64,000 nt of DNA, taken from Macrostomum hystrix (Eukaryota > Animalia > Platyhelminthes). Numbering within the stretch: the first letter of the stretch is position 1; each line of letters starts with the position of its first letter. The notes below the pieces were generated by a model. That model ran no database searches. It was not told where the DNA came from and saw nothing but the letters and a program-made list of their open reading frames with translations. Below are positions 25,295-38,200 of this stretch, one piece after another. The translations under genes and the position numbers were made by a program. The stretch lies in assembly GCA_950097015.1 (NCBI GenBank), contig CATNEN010000034.1, forward strand, positions 496,001 to 560,000, given 5' to 3'.

Positions 25295-26745
25295 AGTCGG
25301 GGAGTGATGAGACAGGGAGTGATAGTTGAGACATGGATTGATAATTGAGACCGAGAGTGATAATTGAGACAGGGAGTGATAATTGAGACAGGGAGTGATA
25401 ATCGACACAGGAGTGATAATTGAGACAGGGAGTGATAATTGAGACAGGGAGTGATAATTGAGACAGGGAGTGATAATTGAGACAGGGAGTGATAACTGAG
25501 ACACGGAGTGATAATCGACACAGGAGTAATAATTGAAACAGGGAGTGATAATTGAGACAGGGAGTGATAATTGAGACAGGGAGTGATAATTGAGACAGGG
25601 AGTGATAATTGAGACAGGGAGTGATAACTGAGACACGGAGTGATAATCGACACAGGAGTGATAATTGAAACAGGGAGTGATAATTGAGACAGGGAGTGAT
25701 AACTGAGACACGGAATGATAATTGACACAGGAGTGACAATTGAGACAGGGAGTGATAATTGAGACAGTGAGTGATAATTGACACAGGGAGTGATAATTGA
25801 AACAGGGAGTGATAATTGAGACAGGGAGTGATAATTGAGACACGGAGTGATAATTGAGACAGGGAGTGATAATTGAGACAGGGAGTGATAATTGAGACAG
25901 GAGTGATAATTGAGACAGGGAGTGATAATTGAGACAGTGAGTGATAATTGACACAGGGAGTGATAATTGAAACAGGGAGTGATAATTGACACAGGGAGTG
26001 ATAATTGACACAGGGAGTGATAACTGAGACAAGGAGTGATAATTGACACAGGGAGTGATAATTGAAACAGGGAGTGATAATTGAGACAGGGAGTGATAAT
26101 TGAGACAGGGAGTGATAATTGAGACAGGGAGTGATAATTGAGACAGGGAGTGATAATTGAGACAGGGAGTGATAATTGAGACAGGGAGTGATAATTGAGA
26201 CAGGGAGTGATAATTGAGACAGGGAGTGATAATTGAAACAGGGAGTGATAATTGAGACAGGGAGTGATAATTGAGACAGGGAGTGATAATTGAGACAGGG
26301 AGTGATAATTGAGACAGGGAGTGATAATTGAGACAGGGAGTGATAATTGAGACAGGGAGTGATAATTGAGACAGGGAGTGATAATTGAGACAGGGAGTGA
26401 TAATTGAGACAGGGAGTGATAATTGAGACAGGGAGTGATAATTGAGACAGGGAGTGATAATTGAGACAGGGAGTGATAACTGAGACAGGGAGTGATAATC
26501 GACACAGGGAGTGATAATTGACACAGGGAGTGATAACTGAGACACGGAGTGATAATCGACACAGGGAGTGATAATTGACACAGGGAGTGATAACTGAGAC
26601 ACGGAGTGATAATCGACACAGGGAGTGATAATTGACACAGGGAGTGATAATTGACACGGAGTGATAATTGACACAGGGAGTGATAATTGACACAGGGAGT
26701 GATAATTGACACAGGGAGTGATAATTGAGACGGAGTGATAGTTGA
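25295..26745. repeat. 19-bp minisatellite, about 76 copies
   Basis: Unit GAGTGATAATTGAGACAGG, with 18-bp variants. Confidence 0.96.
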
Positions 26746-28474
26746 GATTTACTGTGACAAGTGCGATAATGAACTCTAGAATTAAAACGCCGTATTTTCA
26801 CAGCGGCACACAGTTTAGATAACATTGCACACAACATTCATCCTGTAGAAATGATAAGAAATCTGCCATTCAGGCCTGGTTACGGCAAGTACGCAGATTT
26901 AAGTTAGAAAAGTGTTTCAGTGTAGAGGCACAAGTCAGCCAGCCTCCTTATCCGCAGCGCCTCATCACTTTCCAGGTGTTACATAACATATTCTTCTTGG
27001 AAAAGGCTAGCAGCAGCCATCGCAGCAGCAATAAAGTGTTGCCTGTCTGTTTCGGCAAAGAATCGGGTGTAAAATGACCACAGATGGGAAAACCGGACAC
27101 CGGGGTCCCTGACCCTAGGGAGCAAACTCTGGGATTTGCTATTTACCCATTTAGATTGTGGCATTTTCTGCTTTTCATTTCTGTCGGCCTGTCCTATCTC
27201 TCGCTCACTCAAAGCATGCTTTTAACTTTTCTTTGTCACACTTTACAATCACCTCTTTGGCACCGTGTGCCGTCAGAGTGGGTGCCAATATATATTTTTT
27301 TTCAACCTTTAGATCAGAAATAACCGCCTTCGAGAGAAACAAATGGCAGGTGTGATGACAAAGGCCCTTATAACCTATAAAATAGCCTACAAATGGGGCA
27401 GGTGTGCTATCTGAGACAATAGGCAAATAATAATATTAATAGACAATTCTGACTGGCATATCAGCGCTCCGGCCTTTGATTGTTACGCAATACACGCGCG
27501 CCCGCATTGTCTCCTGGGCCGGTGTCCAACCAGTAGACTGCCCTGTGGGAAAATGGTCACGCATTTTATATGGGTCCAGTCTGATGACCCTCCACCGTAG
27601 ATGATTTACAGCGCCTTGATGGTGGCCGCAGCTTTGGGCACTGGACACTGGGGATCATCCCGCGGTGCCAATGTTGCCAACACAAGCTTCCCCTAGAGGA
27701 AATTGTTGCTCTCTGAATTTTAGAGGTTATACGAGGAAGCGAGTGTCTGGGAAGACGCAATCACTTCCCCTCTCTCCTCCCCCTTTTGAGCATCCTGAGA
27801 ACGAGAAGATTACATAGTAAAGGAAGTGCCCGGGTCACAGTGATGCAATACACTAGCAAGAGGCGGTGCTAGAGAAGCGAAATCTCAATGCTGAGACGGC
27901 TCTCAGTGGCCTAATTCTAGACTGCATCGGATGGAAACCCGAAGAAGCGACTGCATCGCTCTCCGCTGCTTCTTCTGCTGAGGGTGGGCGAGTGCTAATT
28001 TGCTCATTCGTAATTGCCATACGCCTCCGTAGTCTTCGAGATAAAAAAGGGGGTTGGCAGCTACTCCCTTATACTATCAGGCCTTCCTCCCCATCTAGCT
28101 CAGCGGACAGCAAGAGGGTAGCGGGACAGAATGATTACGTAACAAACTTTGCGGACAGTTGAGGTTCGGAGCGCCACATGCGCCTCGTGATCCACCTTTT
28201 TCAAATCTTTGCTTATTTTTTCTGACGTTTCAAATGTGTCAGAAGCACTGAGCTGCTGTCTGTTGGTTCGGTTAGTCTGATGAGCCGCTCGGAAAAATTT
28301 GTGCTTGAAAAATGTGAGAAGACCTGCAAGGAGAACATCAAGATAGGAATCGTCTGAAAATTGGGATAAAACTGTCGTTGGATCTGACATGGATTACTTT
28401 GAGGGATAAAAAATTTGGTAGTGCGAGCATCAGAATGAAACCAGTGGGTCTACTAAAAGTAATATCGTCATGAT

Positions 28475-30420
28475 ATGACAGTACATCAACTTACAGTTAA
28501 TCAACTGACAGTCAATCATCTAACAGTGAATCAACTGACAGTGAATCAACTGACAGTGAATCATCTGACAGTGAATCATCTGACAGTGAATCATCTGACA
28601 GTCAATCATCTGACAGTGAATCAACTGACAGTGAATCAACTGACAGTGAATCATCTGACAGTGAATCAACTGACAGTGAATCATCTGACAGTGAATCATC
28701 TGACAGTGAATCATCTGAAATTGTATAATCTGACAGTGAATCATCTGACAGTGAATCAACTGACAATCAATCATCTGACAGTGAATCAACTGACAGTCAA
28801 TCATCTGACAGTGAATCAACTGACAGTGAATCATCTGACAGTGAATCATCTGACAGTGAATCATCTGACAGTGAATCAACTGACAGTGAATCATCTGACA
28901 GTGAATCATCTGACAGTGAATCAACTGACAGTGAATCATCTGACAGTGAATCATCTGACAGTCAATCATCTGACAGTCAATCAACTGACAGTGAATCATC
29001 TGACAGTGAATCATCTGACAGTGAATCATCTGACAGTGAATCATCTGACAGTCAATCATCTGACAGTCAATCAACTGACAGTGAATCATCTGACAGTGAA
29101 TCATCTGGCAGTGAATCATCTGACAGTGAATCATCTAAAAATTGTATAATCTGACAGTGAATCAGCTGACAGTGAATCATCTGACAGTGAATCATCTGAC
29201 AGTGAATCAGCTGACAGTGAATCAGCTGACAGTGAATCATCTGACAGTGAATCATCTGAAATTGTATAATCTGACAGTGAATCATCTGACAGTGAATCAA
29301 CTGACAATCAATCATCTGACAGTGAATCAACTGACAGTCAATCATCTGACAGTGAATCAACTGACAGTGAATCATCTGACAGTGAATCATCTGACAGTGA
29401 ATCATCTGACAGTCAATCATCTGACAGTCAATCATCTGACAGTGAATCAACTGACAGTGAATCAACTGACAGTGAATCATCTGACAGTGAATCATCTGAC
29501 AGTCAATCATCTGACAGTGAATCAACTGACAGTGAATCATCTGACAGTGAATCATCTGACAGTGAATCAACTGACAGTGAATCATCTGACAGTGAATCAT
29601 CTGACAGTCAATCATCTGACAGTCAATCAACTGACAGTGAATCAGCTGACAGTGAATCAGCTGACAGTGAATCATCTGACAGTGAATCATCTGAAATTGT
29701 ATAATCTGACAGTGAATCATCTGACAGTGAATCATCTGACAGTGAATCATCTGACAGTGAATCATCTGACAGTGAATCATCTGACAGTGAATCATCTGAC
29801 AGTGAATCATCTGACAGTGAATCATCTAAAAATTGTATAATCTGACAGTGAATCAGCTGACAGTGAATCATCTGACAGTGAATCATCTGACAGTGAATCA
29901 GCTGACAGTGAATCAGCTGACAGTGAATCATCTGACAGTGAATCATCTGAAATTGTATAATCTGACAGTGAATCATCTGACAGTGAATCATCTGACAGTG
30001 AATCAACTGACAATGAATCATCTGACAGTGAATCAACTGACAATGAATCATCTGAAAGTGAATCATCTGACAGTGAATCATCTGACAGTGAATCATCTGA
30101 CAGTGAATCAGCTGACAGTGAATCATCTGACAGTGAATCATCTGACAGTGAATCAACTGACAGTGAATCAGCTGACAGTGAATCAACTGACAGTGAATCA
30201 TCTGACAATGAATCATCTGACAATGAATCATCTGACAATGAATCATCTGACAGTGAATCATCTGACAATGAATCATCTGACAGTGAATCATCTGACAGTG
30301 AATCATCTGACAGTGAATCAACTGACAATGAATCATCTGACAGTGAATCAACTGACAATGAATCATCTGACAGTGAATCAACTGACAATGAATCATCTGA
30401 AAGTGAATCAACTGAATCAA
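28475..30420. repeat. 15-bp minisatellite, about 130 copies, with higher-order structure
   Basis: Unit TGACAGTGAATCA(T/A/G)C with marker units TGAAATTGTATAATC. Confidence 0.97.
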
Positions 30421-31390
30421 TATAATACGGCGTACTTCAGACAAACCTCTGTACCAGGATTATATACCAATTTTCGAATTTATTTTGCGACTAGCATTTT
30501 GCTTACTTTTAGTAGCCTCTGTTGGACATTTGCGAAAGATATAAGCCGCCTTCAGAATGTACTTTCATAACTATATACTGTTGTTTATCAACCGTGCGTC
30601 TAAAATGTGAAACGGAAGTATTGGGATGGAAATTGGGGATAGAAATAGGACACATGCCTTATAGTGACTAATAGGGATATATCTCTCAAATTTCTCGAGA
30701 TCGCATTAAAATGTTAGGCAACATCGAAATTAATATTATTTGATGATTGAATGCAGTGAGATGGAGCGAAACAAGTCAAACAAAATAGCCGAGTACACTC
30801 GGACTCAAGCCAAAACAAAAAGATAGTTCACACTTTTTTTAGCCAGATGACATCGTGATTGTTATGAAAACTATTATTGTCGCTTAAAGCTGCTCAAATA
30901 AAAATTAACCTCTATTTGAACTGTGGTTATATGCCTTTTTCTGGACTGCTTTTTGCTGATTGAATGTACGTATCTTGAGACATAATGTACACCATGCGGG
31001 AGTGTACAAATCTTAAAATAGACTAGCGGCAGGGTTAGAGATTTGGTCCATTCTATTGACATACCCTCCACTGGGAGGGTGGGGGGTTGGGCCAAGGCTT
31101 TAGTCAGAACGGCCTTGCCCTTGGATTGGACGCGTGACCCACAGTGGAGCATTCGCCTCTCGCATGGACTGATTAAACGACTGTTGTTGGTACGTACGTA
31201 CGTAGATTTTATTCTCGCGCAGCCGGTCCGAGCCGACCAAACCCACTTCGTCTGTCGTCTGTTGGCTGTTAGAATCAGTGTGTTAACGAAAGTCTTGGTT
31301 TCCGGGCTTCCTTTTATCACGCTATACAAGGAGCCCGCTTCATTAAGTTTCTGTAATTCACATGGCCAGGGTCCGACTAAAACACATGCC

Positions 31391-31742
31391 ATGACCACTC
31401 TACTGTTGCACGTGTGTCAATACAGAAGGTCATCCAAGCATCAGCAGCAACAGAAGCAGCTACAATTTTACCAAAGCAGAGGAGGCAGGCGCATTAACCA
31501 ATATTCAGCAGCTCTTGGGAGGCTAAAGCAGACTGATCTAGCGCAATTCGCTAACTACTTCGCTTCGTCAAAAGTATCTCGCGGCAGGTACACGCCTGCA
31601 TTAGCCGCAGACCTGCCTTCTCCTGTGGCCATGGCAGCGGCTGACACTCAGGCCGCGCCAGCCTATTGCCTGCGTCAGCAGCGGTTGAAGAGCCATCTCA
31701 ACTATAGACAGCAACAGAAACAACAGCAGAACAGCAGGCTAG
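31391..31742 (+). CDS. PPP1R3: PPP1R3-like gene, probable exon 1 (Gln-rich N-terminus); start could also be ATG 31631
   Basis: GCCATG at 31391; open frame to donor G|GTTTGT (phase 1), which joins the phase-1 acceptor CTAG| at 31825 across an 83-nt intron. Confidence 0.55.
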
Positions 31743-31825
31743 GTTTGTGCGCCCTTGTACTCAAGCATTTGACATTGTTAATAATGATAAAATAACATCA
31801 ATATCAATCATACCGAACTCTCTAG

Positions 31826-32377
31826 GATCAGTTGCAAGGAGCTACTCAGATCCCAACTTGCCCGGCAACTCGATGCCCAGATTGTTGGCTCCTGACGCAT
31901 CGACGGAGGACTCACCGTCTTCGCCGCCCCCGCCGTTGCCACTGGCAGCAGGCGCTGCCGATCAATCGTCGACGTCTGGCTTCGCCGCAGTCGTTGACTC
32001 GGCCGCCGAAGCGGCGGATTCGACGGCGACAATGCCGACGCTTCCATTGCTGAGTTTTAGGCACAGTTTCGACTGTCTGCTTGATCTACTGAATCATGAC
32101 AACTGTGAGACTGGGGGCAGCGGTGACAGCGAGACCAGATCTGTTGAGCCGCCAGTCGCCGCTTTGGCCTCCTGGACGCTGTCGCCTCCGCCTCCGCCTC
32201 CGCCACCGCGGCCGCCCCCGTCTGTGTCGACTAATCCCGCGAAGCTACGCAAGGTGGCCTCCTCTGGCGGCGTCACTAAGAAGCGCGTGACCTTCGCCGA
32301 CGAGGCGGGCCAGCCGTTGCAGCACGTGCGAGTGTTCAGCGAGCCCAGCTGCGCTCCGCCAAAGTTTCTGTCAATCA
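31826..32377 (+). CDS. PPP1R3: PPP1R3-like gene, exon 2 with PP1-docking RVxF motif
   Basis: KKRVTFADEAGQPLQHVRVF is typical of glycogen-targeting PP1 subunits; donor A|GTGAGG phase 1; 89-nt intron to TTCAG| at 32466. Confidence 0.88.
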
Positions 32378-32466
32378 GTGAGGGTCCGTTTTGCTTTCGC
32401 ATTTTTTACTGTGAGCAGGCGAAACCAAAATCACTGACTGTTCATTGTGCTGCATCTCCTATTCAG

Positions 32467-32792
32467 AGCCGCTGCCAGCAAACCCGGATGCTGAGGATGA
32501 GCCTGCCTTAGGAAGCGCCGGCGTCGGCGTCAGCGGCGCTGTCGGCGGCGTTGGCAAATTCCGCTGCCAGTTCGCTCAGCCATCCTCAAAGTACATCTTG
32601 TTTCGGGAGAATGTTGAAAAGAATTGCGTTTCCCTGAGCAATCTCTATTTCGATGATCTGGCAGCCAAAGGCTCGGTGTCCGTCAAGAACATCAGCTTCA
32701 AGAAGAGAGTTTTCCTGCGAATCACCTTCGACAGCTGGGTCAGCTATCGGGATGTTGAAGCCACTTACGCCAGCTCGCAGGATTCCCGCCAG
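32467..32792 (+). CDS. PPP1R3: PPP1R3-like gene, exon 3 (N-terminal half of CBM21 domain)
   Basis: FAQPSS...NCVSLSN...GSVSVKNISFKKRVFLRITFDSW; phase 1 in, donor CAG|GTAGGC phase 0. Confidence 0.92.
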
Positions 32793-32834
32793 GTAGGCGT
32801 TAGGGGGAGCTTTCAGGAACTGAGACAACTTTGC

Positions 32835-34320
32835 TGGGGTAGTGTGGGTTGTGATTCGGGTAGTGTGGGATAGAGTGTGGGTTCTGATTCGGGTAGTGTG
32901 TGGGTTCTGACTCTGGTAGAGTGTGGGTTCTGATTCGGGTAGAGTGTGGGTACTTATTCGGGTAGTGTGTGGGTTCTGACTCGGGTAGTGTGGGATAGAG
33001 TGTGGGTTCTGATTCGGGTAGAGTGTGGGTTCTGATTCGGGTAGAGTGTGGGTTCTGATTCGGGTAGAGTGTGGGTCCTGATTTTGGTAGAGTGTGGGTT
33101 CTGATTAGGGTAGAGTGTGGGTTCTGATTCGGGTAGTGTGTGGGTTCTGACTCGGGTAGTGTGTGGGTTCTGATTCGGGTAGTGTGTGGGTTCTGACTCG
33201 GGTAGTGTGGGATAGAGTGTGGGTTCTGATTCGCGCAGAGTGTAGGATTAGAGTGTGGGTTCTGATTCGGGTAGAGTGTGGGTTCTGATTCGGGTAGAGT
33301 GTGGGTTCTGATTAGGGTAGTGTGTGGGTTCTGATTCGGGTAGTGTGTGGGTTCTGACTCGAGTAGTGTGGGATAGCGTGTGGGTTCTGATTCGCGCAGA
33401 GTGTAGGATTAGAGTGTGGGTTCTGATTCGGGTAGAGTGTGGGTTCTGATTAGGGTAGTGTGTGGGTTCTGATTCGGGTAGTGTGTGGGTTCTGACTCGA
33501 GTAGTGTGGGATAGCGTGTGGGTTCTGATTCGCGCAGAGTGTAGGATTAGAGTGTGGGTTCTGATTCGGGTAGAGTGTGGGTTCTGATTCGGGTAGAGTG
33601 TGGGTTCTGATTCGGGTAGAGTGTGGGTTCTGATTCGGGTAGAGTGTGGGTTCTGATTCGGGTAGAGTGTGGGTTCTGATTCGGGTAGAGTGTGGGTTCT
33701 GATTCGGGTAGAGTGTGGGTTCTGATTAGGGTAGAGTGTGGGTTCTGATTCGGGTAGAGTGTGGGTTCTGATTCGGGTAGTGTGTGGGTTCTGACTCGGG
33801 TAGTGTGGGATAGAGTGTGGGTTCTGATTCGGGTAGTGTGTGGGTTCTGACTCGGGTAGAGTGTGGGTTCTGATTAGGGTAGAGTGTGGGTTCTGATTCG
33901 GGTAGAGTGTGGGTCCTGATTTTGGTAGAGTGTGGGTTCTGATTCGGGTAGAGTGTGGGTTCTGATTCGGGTAGAGTGTAGGTTCTGATTTTGGTAGAGT
34001 GTGGGTTCTGATTCGGGTAGAGTGTGGGTTCTGATTCGGGTAGTGTGTGGGTTCTGACTCGGGTAGTGTGGGATAGAGTGTGGGTTCTGATTCGGGTAGT
34101 GTGTGGGTTCTGACTCGGGTAGTGTGGAATAGAGTGTGGGTTCTGATTCGGGTAGTGTGTGGGTTCTGACTCGGGTAGTGTGGGATAGAGTGTGGGTTCT
34201 GATTCGGGTAGTGTGTGGGTTCTGACTCGGGTAGTGTGGGAAAGAGTGGGTTCTGATTCGGGTAGTGTGTGGGTTCTGACTCGGGTAGTGTGGGATAGAG
34301 TGTGGGTTCTGATTTGGGTT
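32835..34320. repeat. 23-bp G-rich minisatellite filling PPP1R3 intron 3
   Basis: Unit GGGTAGAGTGTGGGTTCTGATTC with variants, about 60 copies. Confidence 0.95.
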
Positions 34321-34402
34321 CTGATAATTGAAGATAAATCAGTTTATGCCGCAGTTACAATGAGGTCACTAAAATCCCCCTCAACCCTCTTGAAATCCCC
34401 AG

Positions 34403-34675
34403 GACTCGTTCGTGTTCAGCTTCCCCTGTCCGGCCGACTCCGAACGTGGCTTTGAGTTTTGCGTCTGCTTCGAAGCCGACGGCCAGGCCTTCTGGGACAG
34501 CAACGCGGGCGCCAACTACAAGGTGGTGCCCACCGGGAAGGCCTCCAGCTCCGGTGGCATGCAGCGCCGAGCGTCAGAAGCTTACACCAGCGACTACAAG
34601 CCTAACTTCTCTGCGGTGACTGACTTCGCGGAGTTCTCTGTGTGGGACCACTTTGCCGATAGGGTGTACTATTAG
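34403..34675 (+). CDS. PPP1R3: PPP1R3-like gene, last exon (C-terminal half of CBM21 domain)
   Basis: CCCCAG| acceptor, phase 0; DSFVFSF...FEFCVCFEADGQAFWDSNAGANY matches the CBM21 FxxxY..WDNNxGxNY signature. Confidence 0.92.
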   Translation, partial: DSFVFSFPCPADSERGFEFCVCFEADGQAFWDSNAGANYKVVPTGKASSSGGMQRRASEAYTSDYKPNFSAVTDFAEFSVWDHFADRVYY

Positions 34676-34754
34676 AATTATAGCCGCAAATGGACTTTAG
34701 ACGCAGCCCGTTCTTGGAATTTAGAGAATTAGGAGATTGATACTGCAAATTTTC

Positions 34755-35220
34755 TGGGATTTGGGATTCGGATGTTGCAGATTGGGATCTGGGATTTGGA
34801 TGTTGCAGATTGGGATCTGGGATTTGGATGTTGTAGATTGAGATCTGGGATTTGGATGTTGCAGATTGGGGTCTGGGATTTGGATGTTGCAGATTGGGAT
34901 CTGGGATTTGGATGTTGCAGATTGGGATCTGGGATTCGGATGTTGCAGATTAGGATCTGGGATTTGGATGTTGCAGATTGGGATCTGGGATTTGGATGTT
35001 GTAGATTGGGATCTGGGATTTGGATGTTGCAGATTGGGATCTAGGATTTGGATGTTGTAGATTGGGGTCTGGGATTTGGATGTTGCAGATTGGGGTCTGG
35101 GATTTGGATGTTGCAGATTGGGGTCTAGGGAATATAGATACTCAAGATTGGGATATGGAATGTCGATACTTAGATTGGGATCTGAGATTCGGATACTTGG
35201 GATTTGGATCTGGGATTTGG
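34755..35220. repeat. 28-bp minisatellite just downstream of the PPP1R3 stop
   Basis: Unit GGGATTTGGATGTTGCAGATTGGGATCT. Confidence 0.93.
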
Positions 35221-38200
35221 AAGTTTAGCACTGGGGATCTTGATCTGTCTGGATGTGGATATTGAATGAAGCTATTAGGAATAGTACATTTTTTCTTTTT
35301 TGCGACCTTTTGCACTTCTTGCTACTTTTTTGACGCCCATTTCGGCCCACCTCTGTGCGGCCCGGCACAATCTACTAATTAATCTGTCTCACCGGTGTAG
35401 CTTTAGTCGCTTATTGCTGTTTCTCAGTAGGCGTAGCCCGTTTGCTCGCTATTTGGAAAATATTCGAGCATCGACTGACTTGTTGTGCTGTGATTACGAA
35501 CCCCAATGCAATGTTCCTTGCTGTTCCAATTTTCGTGTCATCAAGTGTTTCTGATCATTGGTTTTTAAACCCAGTTTCAGCTGAGTTGCAACATTTTATC
35601 TCTGGGTCCACTATGTGAAAGTGCTGGCGCAACTTTGGTTATCTGTGTGTCATTTTTAACAGAATTGTCAGGGACAGCGACTCAAAAGTCATTTTGAAAA
35701 TATCCTATTTGGCGCGCGCCGCTTTTAGCGGCACAGTGCCATTTTGAAACACACGAGTGCCATTTTGGAGCAGTCGAGTGTCATTCTAAAACATTCAGAT
35801 GCCATTTTCGGGTGTCATTTTGGTTTTGTAAAAAAACGGGTGCCATTATAAAGTATTCGGATTATAAGACATTTTGATCCTTGTAGTAAGAAGGCATACT
35901 CATACAGAACAAATTGAATCTATCTCGTGCCCACAAGGACGCGAATTTGAGTCGTTTTGAACTGCTGAATACTATTCCGGAAATTGTGGATAACATTTTG
36001 ACGAGCCAGTGCCACTTTGAATCAGTTTCTGTGCATTGTTCTCTTATGAATGCTCCACCGAATCTTTGTTAAGAATTAGTTAAAAAGTTTTCTCTTCATT
36101 GTTGTTAGAAGTATATTTTATTCCTACTAGGCAAACGTGAGTTTGTTGGTGTTGTTTTCTTGTGTATTTTCCCCATTGAGTGCTCAACACTGATAGCAGT
36201 CGTTCTCCTCTCCCCACACGCATTGTTTAGTACTGCTCTAGAATTTTACATCTAGAATTCCCAGTTGCGGGTTTGTTTAGCGAAGCAATCGCGTCATTTT
36301 TTCCGACTTTGTCTCTAAGCATTAATCCTTCGTGAACACGAATAACCCACTTTCGTGTCTCATTGAAAGCACTAATCTTATAATTATTTCATCATAGGTT
36401 ATAGAGGCCTTGCATATTGATACAATCTTTAGCCTTGTTTTTCTAGATTTTTCTGTCACCTGTTACAGGCGCGACATCATCTTGTATTTTTTACCACCCT
36501 GCCCAGCTCTCCACCCCTTGAAATGCACTTTTGAGCGCAGCCTGGCTGACTGTTGGTTTATTTGTTTTCTTGCGAGATCTTTCTTTTTTCAAGCTATTTT
36601 TATTGCAAGTGCAAGCAAAAACAACCAGGTCAAATCAACTTTGTCGATGCACTTTAACGGCTTTGACCCCGCTGCTTAGCCAGACATACGCTCGTAGATT
36701 GCTGTAAATCTTTGCTCACTTCCGCTCAACGAACTTACCTATATGAAATGCCCAATGGTGACCAATGTCCTCAAACTCCTTCTAAAATGGTCATTTATTC
36801 ACTATTTTTCATGTAGAATTACTTTTAGATCGATTTTTTCATTGACTAGAAAACCAATGAGACAGCTTCTTGCGTTTAAAGAGAAAATAGTATCTAAAAT
36901 AGAGAACAATAGAATGTCTCGAAGTCTTTCGTTAAATTGCGCCGACTTGTCGGGTCGTTTAGTTCAATTGTTATTTTCTTCTACTAGCTAAAAACTTGCA
37001 AATTAACCAAATAACATTATTCACGCAGCTTTAGAAATAGCGCAAACTCTAATTTTCGCCTAGCAATTAGCAAAGACCAGTTTAACCAGTTTAAACAGTT
37101 TAAATTACGCCCGTAGTTCAAGGGAGCGTAGAAAAAAATTGGATCGAAATAAATCACACCGTGCTTTCTTTGTCACGGAGTTAGTTAGCCTCTACTTTAA
37201 TAGTCCTTGCTTTGTGTGCTAACTAAACTTAATTACTTGCGTGTCTGTCGCAGCTATATTTGTGATTCTCGTGTACTTTTTTAAGCATTTAGCTATAGCT
37301 TGCAAGGCTTTGGTCGACCCGAATTCTAACTAAGCACTTCGGGCTATGTACATCCCGCATTGTACAGTGGTGAGAGTTGGGCTGGGGACTGTTTATCGAT
37401 CGTTTGGCAGCACGGTTGGTTGGAAAGGAATGAACTGTACATTAGAGTGGGTGTGTGCGTTCTTTCTACAGTCTGGTCTAATGGAGGGAGCTCTAATTTA
37501 CTGGAGCTGTCTAATTGAAATCCACATTAATCCACCGAACTGACCCTGAACATATTTAAGCATTAATATTGATGAAACTGATTTAATTTTTTATTTATCC
37601 CTCTGGTGTAGCTATTGCCAAGCCTGTCACTAGAATAAATTTCTTAATGCATATTCTTGTAATTGTAGCAATCGAGTTTATCTTGCACCATTACAGCTTA
37701 ACTTGTGCTAAGACTACGAGATTGCACGCTGTCGCCTATGCAAGACTCAGAACATAAGTGTTTTGTTTATTTAATATAACTTCTAACTTTCATTGTATAG
37801 CTCAGTTCATGGGCGCGTGACCAAAGTATTAATAGCGCACATGCTCTAGAATTTTCCGAAAGTTTTTTATCCATCTAAAAGACTCTTTGATCGAGCGCAA
37901 ATTTGATCGAGCGCAAATGAATACAGAATCGATTCATTCGCATTTTGCACATTTGACAGTAAAGTAAACCATTCTCATTCAGCAATGTCAAAATCAGCTA
38001 GTTTTCACAGATCCCGATTGGACCTATGCCCGAACTGAAATTTATTGTGATGTCTGATATCGACAAGTGGAAAGCTGTACTGAATAATAAAGCCTGTACA
38101 GTAGGACATACCTTCTATTCATTTAGAAAATGGCATATTTTTTGTTTTCGCCATGGCAAATTATATCACAATAATGTTACATATATTATCTCTACAATCG

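Noticed and set aside
27430-27760. Possible LINE reverse-transcriptase relic on the minus strand (SSDWTHIKC...PQGSLL)
   Set aside because: Only a PQGS-like motif is present, with no downstream YADD-type motif; too weak without a search.
10122-30570. Long ORFs of 150-540 aa over the 45-, 24-, 36-, 15-, 17-, 23- and 19-bp arrays
   Set aside because: They are translations of stop-poor tandem units, open in several frames and on both strands, with frameshifting indels and no domains.
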